From the human T2T-CHM13v2.0 reference genome, Homo sapiens, in assembly GCF_009914755.1 (NCBI RefSeq), contig NC_060940.1: a DNA stretch of 64,000 nucleotides. One strand, 5' to 3'. Shown here piece by piece: positions 26,601 to 41,722 of this stretch (position 1 is its first letter; each line of letters opens with the position of its first letter). A model generated the notes under the pieces. It made no database searches. It was not told the DNA's origin and saw only the letters and a list, made by a program, of their open reading frames with translations. The position numbers and the translations under genes were made by a program.

Positions 26601-29436
26601 TGTCCATTCGATGATTCCATTTGATTCCACTTGATGATGATTCCATTCGAGTCCATTTGATGATTCCATTCAATTCCATACTCCGATGATTTCTTTTGAG
26701 CCCACTCAATGCTTCCACTCGATTCCATATGATGATGACTCCATTCGATGAAATTCGATGATGATTCCATTCGCTTGCGTTCGATGATGATTCCACTTGA
26801 GTCCGTTAGAAGATTCTATTCAATTACATTCCAGGACGATTCCGTTCGAGTCCATTTGATGATTCCATTAGACTCCATTCGACGATGATTCCATTCGATG
26901 TTATTCGATGATTCCATTCGATCTCATTCGATGATGATTCCATTCAACTCCATTCGATGTTTCCATTCGAGTTCATTCTATTATTCCATTAGATTCCATT
27001 CGATGATGATTCCATTCGATTCCATTTGATGATTGCATTCTATTTCATTTGATGATGATTCCATTCGAGTCCACTCGATGATTCCATTCGAGTCCATTTA
27101 ATGAATCCATTGGTTTCAATTCTATGATGATTACATTGGATTCCATTCGTTGATGATTTCATTCGGTTCCATTCCATGATGATTCCATTCCTTTCCATTC
27201 AATGATTCCATTCGATTCCGTTTGATGATGATTTCATTCGAGTCCATTTGATGATTCCATTTGATTTCTTTCGATGATGATTCCATTCGAGTCCATTCGA
27301 TGATTCTATTCGAATCCATTTGATGATTTCTTTTGATTATATTTGGTGATGATTCCATTGGAGTCCATTCAATGATTCCATTCTATTCCAATCGATGATG
27401 ATTCCATTAGAGTCCATTTAATGATTCCATTTGATTCCAGTCTCTGATGATTATATTCGAGTCCATACGATGATTCCACTCAATTCCATATGATGATGAT
27501 TCCATTTGATTCCATTCGGTGATTCCGTTCTATTCTATTCAATGGTGATTCCATTCGAGTACATTAGATGATTCCATTCGATTCCATTCATTGATGATTC
27601 TATTTGTGTCCCTTAGATGATTCCACATGATTCCATTAGATGATGATACTATTTGAGCCCATCCAATGATTCCCTTCGATTCCATTCGATGAGGATTCCA
27701 TTCGATTCAATTCATTGGTGATTCTATTCAATTCAATTCTTTGATTCCATTCCATTCCATTCGACAATGATTCCATTCGATTTCTTTCGATGATTCCACT
27801 CGATTCCACTTGACATTGATTCCATTCGATTCCATTCAATGATTCCATTTGATTCCAGTGGATGATGATTGCCATCGATTCCATTCGATCACTCCATTCT
27901 ATTCCATTTGATGATGATTACATTCGATTCCATTTGATGATTCCATCTGATTCTATTCGAGGATTCCATTTGATTCCATTCGATGATGATTCCATTCGAG
28001 TCCATTCGATGATTTCATTCGAGTACATCCAATGATTCCATTCGAGTCCATTAGATGATTCCATTTGATTCCATTTGAAAATGATTCTACTAGAGTCCAT
28101 TCAATGACTCCATTCGAGTCCATTCAACAATTCCATTCGACTCCATTCGATGATTCCATTCGATTCCATTTGATGGTTCCATTCGAGTCCATTTAATCAT
28201 TACAGTCGAGTCCATTTGGTGATTCCACTGGATTTCTTTTGATAATGATACCATTCAATTACATTTGATGATGATCCCATTCAATTTCATTTGATGATGA
28301 TTCCATTAGAGTCCATTCGATGATTTCATTCGAGTCCCTTCATTGATTCCATCCGATTTCATTGGATGATGACTCCATTCGAGTCCATTCGATGATTCCA
28401 CTCGATTCCATTAGATGACTCCATTGGAGTCCATTTGATTGTTCCATTCGATTCCATTTGATTCCTTTCGAAGATTATTCCATTTGAGTCCATTCGATGA
28501 TGATTCCATTCCATTCCATTCCATGATTCCGTTTGATTCCATTCGATGATTCCCTTCGATTCCTTTCTTTGATGATTCCATTCCATTCCATTCAATGATT
28601 CCATTCGAATCTATTCCATGATGATTCCTTTCGATTCCATTCGCTGATGTTTCCGTTCAATTCCATTCGATGATGATTCCATTCGATTCCATTCATTGAG
28701 GATTCCATTTGATTCCATTCAATGATGATTCCATTCTATTCCATTCAATGATTGCATTCAATTCCATTCAATGATTATCCCATTAGAGTAAACTCAACGA
28801 TTCCATTCAATATCATTCGATGATGATTCCTTTTGAGTCCATTCAATGATTTCATTCAAGTCCATTTGATGATTCCTTTCAATTCCATTCTATGATGATT
28901 CCATTCGAGTCCATTCGATGATTCCATTCGATTGCATTCGATGATTCCAATATATTCCATTCAACGATGATTCCATTCGAGTCCGTTCCATGATTCCATT
29001 AGAGTACATTTAATGATTGCTTTGTTTTCAATTCGAAGATGATTACATTGGATTCCATTCTATGATACCATTCGATTCCATTCAATGATGATTCCACTCA
29101 AATCCATTGGATGATTCCATTCGTGTCCATTCGGTGATTTCATTAGATTCCATTCGAGGATGATTCCATTCGATTCCATTCGATGATTCCATTCAATTCC
29201 ATTCGATGATGATTCCATTCCAGTCCATATGATCATTCCATTTGATTTCATTCAATGATGATTCCATTCGATTCCATTCGACGATTCCATTCTATTCCAT
29301 TCAATGATGATTCCATTCGAGTCCATTCGATGATTCCATTCGAGTCCATTTAATGATTCCATTGGGTTCAATTCAATGATGATTACATTGGATTCCGTTC
29401 TATGATTCCATTCAATTCCGTTCATTGACAATTTGA
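23699..29436 (+). repeat. Macro-unit U5, 5738 bp (374-bp deletion only)
   Basis: Landmark 24026 to 29764 (+5738). Deletion junction at 27174/27175. Lacks the 1-bp deletion of U1/U2. Confidence 0.92.
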
Positions 29437-32400
29437 TTCCATTCGATGATGATTCCATTTGAGTTCATTCGATGATTCTATTCGATTCTCTTCGATGGTG
29501 ATTCAATTCTATTATATTGGATGATTCCATTCGATTCCATTTGATGTTGATTCAATTCGATTCTATTCGATGATGATTCCATTGGATTTCACTTGATGAT
29601 TCTATTCGATTCCATTCAATGATGATTCACTTCTCGTCCATTGGATGATTCCATTTCATTCCATTCGATGATGATTCCATTCGATTCCATTCGATGATTC
29701 CATTTGATTCCATGCGACGGTGAGCAATTCGATTCAATTCCATGATGATTCTATTTGATTCAATTAGATGATGTTTCCATTCGAATCCATTCCATGATTA
29801 TTCCATTGGAATCCATTCGGCGATGATTCCATATGAGTCAATTCAATGATGATTCCATATGGGTCCGTTCGATGATAATTCCATTTGATTTCATTCGATG
29901 CTTCTATTCTATTCCAGTCGATGATGATTCCGTTGGAGTCCATACGATGATTCCATTTGATTTCATTTGATGATGATTCCATTCGATGATGATTACATTG
30001 GATTCCATTCTATGATTCCATTCAATTCCATTCGTTGATGATTCGATTCCATTCAATGATGATTCCATTTGAGTTCATTCGATGATTCTATTCGATTCCG
30101 TTCGATGGTGATTCAATTCTATTATATTGGATGATTCCACTCGATTCCATTTGATGATTATTCCATTGGAGTCCACTTAGTGAATCCTTTAGATTCTACT
30201 CGACGATGATTCCATTCGAGTCCATTCGATGATACCATTCAATTCCATTCGTTGATGCTTCCATTCAAGTGCATTCGATGATATCATTCGATTCCATTTG
30301 ATGATAATTCCATTTGATTCCATGCGATGATTCTATTCGATTCCATTCAATGATAATTCCATTCAATTCAGTGATTCCTCTGGACTCCATTTGATGATGA
30401 TTCCATTCAATGATTCCATTCGATTCTATTCGAAAATGATTCCATTTGAATCCATTTGATGATGATTCCATTAGATTCCATTTGATGATTCCATTCGATT
30501 CCATTCGACGATGATTCCATTCCATTCCGTTTGATGATTCCATTCTATTCTATTCGATGATGATTCCATTCGATTCCATTCGATGATGATTGGATTCGAT
30601 TCCATTGGATGATTTCATTTGATTCCATTCGTTAATGATTTCGATCAATTCCATTCGATGATTCCATTCGATTCCATTCGATAATGATTACATCCGAGTC
30701 CATTCGATGATTCCCTTTGAGCCTGTTCGATAATTCCATTTGAGTCCAACCAATGATTCCATTCATTTCCATTCAATGATTCCATTCGAGTCCATTTGAT
30801 CATTCCGGTAGGGTCCATTCGATGTTGATTCCATTGGAGTGCATTCGATGATTCCATTCGAGTCCATTTTAGGATTTGATTCGAGTCCTTTCGATGATTC
30901 CATTCGATTCCACTCGATGATGATTTCATTCGAGTCCATTCGACACTTCCAATCGATTCCATTTGATGATTCCATTCGAGTCCAATTGATGATTCCATTC
31001 AATTCCATTCGATGATGATTCCGTACGATTCCATTCTGTGATGATTCCATGTGATTGCATTCAATGATGATTCCTTTCGATTGCATTCGATTATGATTCA
31101 TTTCGTGTTCATTCTATGGTTCCACAGGTTTCCATTCGTGTCCATTCCGTTATTCCATTCTATTCCATTTGATGATGATTCCGTTCGATTCCATTCATTG
31201 GTGATTCCACTCAATTCCATTCAATGATTCCATTCCATTTCTTTCAACAATGATTCCATTAGTTTCTAATCGATGATCCACTTGATTCCATTTGATGACG
31301 ATTCCATTCTTGTCCATTCGATGATTCCATTTGATTCCATATGATGATGATTCCATTCGATTCCATACCATGATGATTCCATTCGAGTCCATTCAATGGT
31401 GATTCCATTCAATTCCATTCGATGATTTCTTTTGATTCCATTCGATGATGATGGCATTCGATTCCTTTCAATCATTCCCTTTGATTCCATTCAAAGGTGA
31501 TTTCATTCAAGTCCATTCGATAATTGCATTCGATTCCATTCTATGATGATTCCATTCGAGTCCATTTGATGATTCCATTCAATTCAAGTCAATGATGATT
31601 CCATTCGATTCCATTCGATGATTCCATTGGATTCCATTCGATGATGATTCCATTCAAATCCATTCCATAATTCAATTCAAGTCCATTCGATGATGATTCC
31701 AATCGAATCCATTCAAAGATTCCATTCAGTTCCATTCGATGATTCCCTTAGATTCCATTCGATGATTCCACTTGATTGCATTTACGATGATTCCATTCGA
31801 TTCCATGTGATGATTCCATTCAATTCTATTCAATGATGTCTCCATTTGATTCCATTCGACCATGATTGCCTTTGATTCCATTCAATGATTCCATTCGGTT
31901 CCGTTTGATGATGATTCCGTTCGATTCCATTTGATGATTCCATTTGATTCCATTGGATGAGTCCATTCGATTACATTCGATGATTATTCCATTCGAGTGC
32001 ATTAGATGATTCCATTCGAGTCCATTCGATGATTCCATTCGATTCCATTCGATGTTGATTCTGTTCAAATCCATTCGATGATTCCACTCGATTCCATTCG
32101 TTGACTCCATTTGATCCCATTCGATGATTTCCTTTGATTCCCTTTGATGATCATTCCATTTGATTCAATTCGGTGATTTCATTTGATTCCATTCAGTGAT
32201 GTTTCCATTCGACTCCATTCGATGATGATTCCATTCGACTCCATTCGATTATGATTTCATTCAATTCCATTCGATAATGATTCCCTTCGAGTCCATTCGA
32301 TGATTCCATTCGATTCCATTCAACGATGATTTGATTCGTGTCCATTCGATGATTCCATTTGATTCCACTTGATGATGATTCCATTCGAGTCCATTTGATG

Positions 32401-35400
32401 ATTCCATTCAATTCCATACTCCGATGATTTCTTTTGAGCCCACTCAATGCTTCCACTCGATTCCATATGATGATGACTCCATTCGATGAAATTCGATGAT
32501 GATTCCATTCGCTTGCTTTCGATGATGATTCCACTTGAGTCCGTTAGAAGATTCTATTCAATTACATTCCATGACGATTCCGTTCGAGTCCATTTGATGA
32601 TTCCATTAGACTCCATTCGACGATGATTCCATTCGATGTTATTCCATGATTCCATTCGATCTCATTCGATGATGATTCCATTCAACTCCATTCGATGTTT
32701 CCATTCGAGTTCATTCTATTATTCCATTAGATTCCATTCGATGATGATTCCATTCGATTCCATTTGATGATTGCATTCTATTTCATTTGATGATGATTCC
32801 ATTCGAGTCCACTCGATGATACCATTCGATGATTGCATTCTATTTCATTTGATGATGATTCCATTCGAGTCCACTCGATGATTCCATTCGAGTCCATTTA
32901 ATGAATCCATTGGTTTCAATTCTATGATGATTACATTGGATTCCATTCGTTGATGATTTCATTCGGTTCCATTCAATGATGATTCCATTCAATTCCTTTC
33001 AATGTTTCCATTCAATTCCATACGATGATGATTCCATTTGATTTGATTCGACAGTGAGCCATTCGATTCAATTCCATGATGATTCTATTTGATTCAATTG
33101 GTTGACATTTCCATTCGATTCCATTCGATGATGATTCCCTTTGATTCCGTTCAAAGATGATTCCATTCTAGCCCATTCAATCATTCCATTCGATTCTATT
33201 CAATGATGATTCCATTCATGTCGATTTGGTGATTCCATTTGACTTCATTTGATGATGATTCCTTTCAAGTTCATTAGATGATTCCATTCGATTCCATTTG
33301 ATGATGATCCCATTCGAGTCCATTCAGTGATTCCATTCGTTTCCATTCCATGATGATTCCATTCCTTTCCATTCAATGATTCCATTCGATTCCGTTTGAT
33401 GATGATTTCATTCGAGTCCATTTGATGATTCCATTTGATTCCATTCGATGATGATTCCATTCGAGTCCATTCGATGATTCTATTCGAATCCATTTGATGA
33501 TTTCTTTTGATTATATTTGGTGATGATTCCATTGGAGTCCATTCAATGATTCCATTCTATTCCAATCGATGATGATTCCATTAGAGTCCATTTAATGATT
33601 CCATTTGATTCCAGTCTCTGATGATTACATTCGAGTCCATACGATGATTCCACTCAATTCCATATGATGATGATTCCATTTGATTCCATTCGGTGATTCC
33701 ATTCTATTCTATTCAATGGTGATTCCATTCGAGTACATTAGATGATTCCATTCGATTCCATTCAATGATGATTCTATTTGTGTCCCTTAGATGATTCCAC
33801 ATGATTCCATTAGATGATGATACTATTTGAGCCCATCCAATGATTCCCTTCGTTTCCATTCGATGAGGATTCCATTCGATTCAATTCATTGGTGATTCTA
33901 TTCAATTCAATTCTTTGATTCCATTCCATTCCATTCGACAATGATTCCATTCGATTTCTTTCGATGATTCCACTCGATTCCACTTGACATTGATTCCATT
34001 CGATTCCATTCAATGATTCCATTTGATTCCAGTGGATGATGATTGCCATCGATTCCATTCGATCACTCCATTCTATTCCATTTGATGATGATTACATTCG
34101 ATTCCATTTGATGATTCCATCTGATTCTATTCGAGGATTCCATTTGATTCCATTCGATGATGATTCCATTCGAGTCCATTCGATGATTTCATTCGAGTAC
34201 ATCCAATGATTCCATTCGAGTCCATTAGATGATTCCATTTGATTCCATTTGAAAATGATTCTACTAGAGTCCATTCAATGACTCCATTCGAGTCCATTCA
34301 ACAATTCCATTCGACTCCATTCGATGATTCCATTCGATTCCATTTGATGGTTCCATTCGAGTCCATTTAATCATTACAGTCGAGTCCATTTGGTGATTCC
34401 ACTGGATTTCTTTTGATAATGATACCATTCAATTACATTTGATGATGATCCCATTCAATTTCATTTGATGATGATTCCATTAGAGTCCATTCGATGATTT
34501 CATTCGAGTCCCTTCATTGATTCCATCCAATTTCATTGGATGATGACTCCATTCGAGTCCATTCGATGATTCCACTCGATTCCATTAGATGACTCCATTG
34601 GAGTCCATTTGATTGTTCCATTCGATTCCATTCGATTCCTTTCGAAGATTATTCCATTTGAGTCCATTCGATGATGATTCCATTCCATTCCATTCGATGA
34701 TTCCGTTTGATTCCATTCGATGATTCCCTTCGATTCCTTTCTTTGATGATTCCATTCCATTCCATTCAATGATTCCATTCGAATCTATTCCATGATGATT
34801 CCTTTCGATTCCATTCGCTGATGTTTCCGTTCAATTCCATTCGATGATGATTCCATTCGATTCCATTCATTGAGGATTCCATTTGATTCCATTCAATGAT
34901 GATTCCATTCTATTCCATTCAATGATTGCATTCAATTCCATTCAATGATTATCCCATTAGAGTAAACTCAACGATTCCATTCAATACCATTCGATGATGA
35001 TTCCTTTTGAGTCCATTCAATGATTTCATTCAAGTCCATTTGATGATTCCTTTCAATTCCATTCTATGATGATTCCATTCGAGTCCATTCGATGATTCCA
35101 TTCGATTGCATTCGATGATTCCATTATATTCCAGTCAACGATGATTCCATTCGAGTCCATTCGATGATTCCATTAGAGTACATTTAATGATTGCTTTGTT
35201 TTCAATTCGAAGATGATTACATTGGATTCCATTCTATGATACCATTCGATTCCATTCAATGATGATTCCACTCAAATCCATTGGATGATTCCATTCGTGT
35301 CCATTCGGTGATTTCATTAGATTCCATTCGAGGATGATTCCATTCGATTCCATTCGATGATTCCATTCAATTCCATTCGATGATGATTCCATTCCATTCC

Positions 35401-35610
35401 ATATGATCATTCCATTTGATTTCATTCGATGATGATTCCATTCAATTCGATTCGACGATTCCATTCTATTCCATTCGATGATGATTCCATTCGAGTCCAT
35501 TCGATGATTCCATTCGAGTCCATTTAATGATTCCATTGGGTTCAATTCAATGATGATTACATTGGATTCCATTCTATGATTCCATTCAATTCCGTTCATT
35601 GACAATTTGA
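29437..35610 (+). repeat. Macro-unit U6, 6174 bp (full length plus 62-bp tandem duplication)
   Basis: Landmark 29764 to 35938 (+6174). Duplicated 62-mer at 32766-32889. Confidence 0.92.
32766..32889 (+). repeat. 62-bp direct tandem duplication (also at 50790-50913 and 56964-57087)
   Basis: GATGATTGCATTCTATTTCATTTGATGATGATTCCATTCGAGTCCACTCGATGAT[A/T]CCATTC occurs twice, 62 bp apart. 6174 - 6112 = 62. Confidence 0.92.
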
Positions 35611-38600
35611 TTCCATTCGATGATGATTCCATTTGAGTTCATTCTATGATTCTATTCGATTCTCTTCGATGGTGATTCAATTCTATTATATTGGATGATT
35701 CCATTCGATTCCATTTGATGTTGATTCAATTCGATTCTATTCGATGATGATTCCATTGGATTTCACTTGATGATTCTATTCGATTCCATTCAATGATGAT
35801 TCACTTCTCGTCCATTGGATGATTCCATTTCATTCCATTCGATGATGATTCCATTCGATTCCATTCGATGATTCCATTTGATTCCATGCGACGGTGAGCA
35901 ATTCGATTCAATTCCATGATGATTCTATTTGATTCAATTAGATGATGTTTCCATTCGAATCCATTCCATGATTATTCCATTGGAATCCATTCGGCGATGA
36001 TTCCATATGAGTCAATTCAATGATGATTCCATATGGGTCCGTTCGATGATAATTCCATTTGATTTCATTCGATGCTTCTATTCTATTCCAGTCGATGATG
36101 ATTCCGTTGGAGTCCATACGATGATTCCATTTGATTTCATTTGATGATGATTCCATTCGATGATGATTACATTGGATTCCATTCTATGATTCCATTCAAT
36201 TCCATTCGTTGATGATTCGATTCCATTCAATGATGATTCCATTTGAGTTCATTCGATGATTCTATTCGATTCCGTTCGATGGTGATTCAATTCTATTATA
36301 TTGGATGATTCCACTCGATTCCATTTGATGATTATTCCATTGGAGTCCACTTAGTGAATCCTTTAGATTCTACTCGACGATGATTCCATTCGAGTCCATT
36401 CGATGATACCATTCAATTCCATTCGTTGATGCTTCCATTCAAGTGCATTCGATGATATCATTCGATTCCATTTGATGATAATTCCATTTGATTCCATGCG
36501 ATGATTCTATTCGATTCCATTCAATGATAATTCCATTCAATTCAGTGATTCCTCTGGACTCCATTTGATGATGATTCCATTCAATGATTCCATTCGATTC
36601 TATTCGAAAATGATTCCATTTGAATCCATTTGATGATGATTCCATTAGATTTCATTTGATGATTCCATTCGATTCCATTCGACGATGATTCCATTCGATT
36701 CCGTTTGATGATTCCATTCTATTCTATTCGATGATGATTCCATTCGATTCCATTCGATGATGATTGGATTCGATTCCATTTGATGATTTCATTTGATTCC
36801 ATTCGTTAATGATTTCGATCAATTCCATTCGATGATTCCATTCGATTCCATTCGATAATGATTACATCCGAGTCCATTCGATGATTCCCTTTGAGCCTGT
36901 TCGATAATTCCATTTGAGTCCAACCAATGATTCCATTCATTTCCATTCAATGATTCCATTCGAGTCCATTTGATCATTCCGGTAGGGTCCATTCGATGTT
37001 GATTCCATTGGAGTGCATTCGATGATTCCATTCGAGTCCATTTTAGGATTTGATTCGAGTCCTTTCGATGATTCCATTCGATTCCACTCGATGATGATTT
37101 CATTCGAGTCCATTCGACACTTCCAATCGATTCCATTTGATGATTCCATTCGAGTCCAATTGATGATTCCATTCAATTCCATTCGATGATGATTCCGTAC
37201 GATTCCATTCTGTGATGATTCCATGTGATTGCATTCAATGATGATTCCTTTCGATTGCATTCGATTATGATTCATTTCGTGTTCATTCTATGGTTCCACA
37301 GGTTTCCATTCGTGTCCATTCCATTATTCCATTCTATTCCATTTGATGATGATTCCATTCGATTCCATTCATTGGTGATTCCACTCAATTCCATTCAATG
37401 ATTCCATTCCATTTCTTTCAACAATGATTCCATTAGTTTCTAATCGATGATCCACTTGATTCCATTTGACGACGATTCCATTCTTGTCCATTCGATGATT
37501 CCATTTGATTCCATATGATGATGATTCCATTCGATTCCATACCATGATGATTCCATTCGAGTCCATTCAATGGTGATTCCATTCAATTCCATTCGATGAT
37601 TCCTTTTGATTCCATTCGATGATGATGGCATTCGATTCCTTTCAATCATTCCCTTTGATTCCATTCAAAGGTGATTTCATTCAAGTCCATTCGATAATTG
37701 CATTCGATTCCATTCTATGATGATTCCATTCGAGTCCATTTGATGATTCCATTCTATTCAAGTCAATGATGATTCCATTCGATTCCATTCGATGATTCCA
37801 TTGGATTCCATTCGATGATGATTCCATTCAAATCCATTCGATAATTCAATTCAAGTCCATTCGATGATGATTCCAATCGAATCCATTCAAAGATTCCATT
37901 CAGTTCCATTCGATGATTCCCTTAGATTCCATTCGATGATTCCACTTGATTGCATTTACGATGATTCCATTCGATTCCATGTGATGATTCCATTCAATTC
38001 TATTCAATGATGTCTCCATTTGATTCCATTCGACCATGATTGCCTTTGATTCCATTCAATGATTCCATTCGGTTCCGTTTGATGATGATTCCGTTCGATT
38101 CCATTTGATGATTCCATTTGATTCCATTGGATGAGTCCATTCGATTACATTCGATGATTATTCCATTCGAGTGCATTAGATGATTCCATTCGAGTCCATT
38201 CGATGATTCCATTCGATTCCATTCGATGTTGATTCTGTTCAAATCCATTCGATGATTCCACTCGATTCCATTCGTTGACTCCATTTGATCCCATTCGATG
38301 ATTTCCTTTGATTCCCTTTGATGATCATTCCATTTGATTCAATTCGGTGATTTCATTTGATTCCATTCAGTGATGTTTCCATTCGACTCCATTCGATGAT
38401 GATTCCATTCGACTCCATTCGATTATGATTTCATTCAATTCCATTCGATAATGATTCCCTTCGAGTCCATTCGATGATTCCATTCGATTCCATTCAACGA
38501 TGATTTGATTCGTGTCCATTCGATGATTCCATTTGATTCCACTTGATGATGATTCCATTCGAGTCCATTTGATGATTCCATTCAATTCCATACTCCGATG

Positions 38601-41600
38601 ATTTCTTTTGAGCCCACTCAATGCTTCCACTCGATTCCATATGATGATGACTCCATTCCATGAAATTCGATGATGATTCCATTCGCTTGCTTTCGATGAT
38701 GATTCCACTTGAGTCCGTTAGAAGATTCTATTCAATTACATTCCAGGACGATTCCGTTCGAGTCCATTTGATGATTCCATTAGACTCCATTCGACGATGA
38801 TTCCATTCGATGTTATTCGATGATTCCATTCGATCTCATTCGATGATGATTCCATTCAACTCCATTCGATGTTTCCATTCGAGTTCATTCTATTATTCCA
38901 TTAGATTCCATTCGATGATGATTCCATTCGATTCCATTTGATGATTGCATTCTATTTCATTTGATGATGATTCCATTCGAGTCCACTCGATGATTCCATT
39001 CGAGTCCATTTAATGAATCCATTGGTTTCAATTCTATGATGATTACATTGGATTCCATTCGTTGATGATTTCATTCGGTTCCATTCAATGATGATTCCAT
39101 TCAATTCCTTTCAATGTTTCCATTCAATTCCATACGATGATGATTCCATTTGATTTGATTCGACAGTGAGCCATTCGATTCAATTCCATGACGATTCTAT
39201 TTTATTCAATTGGTTGACATTTCCATTCGATTCCATTCGATGATGATTCCCTTTGATTCCGTTCAAAGATGATTCCATTCTAGCCCATTCAATCATTCCA
39301 TTCGATTCTATTCAATGATGATTCCATTCATGTCGATTTGGTGATTCCATTTGACTTCATTTGATGATGATTCCTTTCAAGTTCATTAGATGATTCCATT
39401 CGATTCCATTTGATGATGATCCCATTCGAGTCCATTCAGTGATTCCATTCGTATCTATTCCATGATGATTCCATTCCTTTCCATTCAATGATTGCATTCG
39501 ATTCCGTTTGATGATGATTTCATTCGAGTCCATTTGATGATTCCATTTGATTCCATTCGATGATGATTCCATTCGAGTCCATTCGATGATTCTATTCGAA
39601 TCCATTTGATGATTTCTTTTGATTATATTTGGTGATGATTCCATTGGAGTCCATTCAATGATTCCATTCTATTCCAATCGATGATGATTCCATTAGAGTC
39701 CATTTAATGATTCCATTTGATTCCAGTCTCTGATGATTACATTCGAGTCCATACGATGATTCTACTCAATTCCATATGATGATGATTCCATTTGATTCCA
39801 TTCGGTGATTCCATTCTATTCTATTCAATGGTGATTCCATTCGAGTACATTAGATGATTCCATTCGATTCCATTCAATGATGATTCTATTTGTGTCCCTT
39901 AGATGATTCCACATGATTCCATTAGATGATGATACTATTTGAGCCCATCCAATGATTCCCTTCGATTCCATTCGATGAGGATTCCATTCGATTCAATTCA
40001 TTGGTGATTCTATTCAATTCAATTCTTTGATTCCATTCCATTCCATTCGACAATGATTCCATTCGATTTCTTTCGATGATTCCACTCGATTCCACTTGAC
40101 ATTGATTCCATTCGATTCCATTCAATGATTCCATTTGATTCCAGTGGATGATGATTGCCATCGATTCCATTCGATCACTCCATTCTATTCCATTTGATGA
40201 TGATTACATTCGATTCCATTTGATGATTCCATCTGATTCTATTCGAGGATTCCATTTGATTCCATTCGATGATGATTCCATTCGAGTCCATTCGATGATT
40301 TCATTCGAGTACATCCAATGATTCCATTCGAGTCCATTAGATGATTCCATTTGATTCCATTTGAAAATGATTCTACTAGAGTCCATTCAATGACTCCATT
40401 CGAGTCCATTCAACAATTCCATTCGACTCCATTCGATGATTCCATTCGATTCCATTTGATGGTTCCATTCGAGTCCATTTAATCATTACAGTCGAGTCCA
40501 TTTGGTGATTCCACTGGATTTCTTTTGATAATGATACCATTCAATTACATTTGATGATGATCCCATTCAATTTCATTTGATGATGATTCCATTAGAGTCC
40601 ATTCGATGATTTCATTCGAGTCCCTTCATTGATTCCATCCGATTTCATTGGATGATGACTCCATTCGAGTCCATTCGATGATTCCACTCGATTCCATTAG
40701 ATGACTCCATTGGAGCCCATTTGATTGTTCCATTCGATTCCATTCGATTCCTTTCGAAGATTATTCCATTTGAGTCCATTCGATGATGATTCCATTCCAT
40801 TCCATTTGATGATTCCGTTTGATTCCATTCGATGATTCCCTTCGATTCCTTTCTTTGATGATTCCATTCCATTCCATTCAATGATTCCATTCGAATCTAT
40901 TCCATGATGATTCCTTTCGATTCCATTCGCTGATGTTTCCGTTCAATTCCATTCGATGATGATTCCATTCGATTCCATTCATTGAGGATTCCATTTGATT
41001 CCATTCAATGATGATTCCATTCTATTCCATTCAATGATTGCATTCAATTCCATTCAATGATTATCCCATTAGAGTAAACTCAACGATTCCATTCAATACC
41101 ATTCGATGATGATTCCTTTTGAGTCCATTCAATGATTTCATTCAAGTCCATTTGATGATTCCTTTCAATTCCATTCTATGATGATTCCATTCGAGTCCAT
41201 TCGATGATTCCATTCGATTGCATTCGATGATTCCATTATATTCCATTCAACGGTGATTCCATTCGAGTACATTCCATGATTCCATTAGAGTACATTTAAT
41301 GATTGCTTTGTTTTCAATTCGAAGATGATTACATTGGATTCCATTCTATGATACCATTCGATTCCATTCAATGATGATTCCACTCAAATCCATTGGATGA
41401 TTCCATTCGTGTCCATTCGGTGATTTCATTAGATTCCATTCGAGGATGATTCCATTCGATTCCATTCGATGATTCCATTCAATTCCATTCGATGATGATT
41501 CCATTCCAGTCCATATGATCATTCCATTTGATTTCATTCGATGATGATTCCATTCGATTCCATTCGACGATTCCATTCTATTCCATTCGATGATGATTCC

Positions 41601-41722
41601 ATTCGAGTCCATTCGATGATTCCATTCGAGTCCATTTAATGATTCCATTGGGTTCAATTCAATGATGATTACATTGGATTCCGTTCTATGATTCCATTCA
41701 ATTCCGTTCATTGACAATTTGA
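35611..41722 (+). repeat. Macro-unit U7, 6112 bp (full-length type)
   Basis: Landmark 35938 to 42050 (+6112). Confidence 0.92.
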
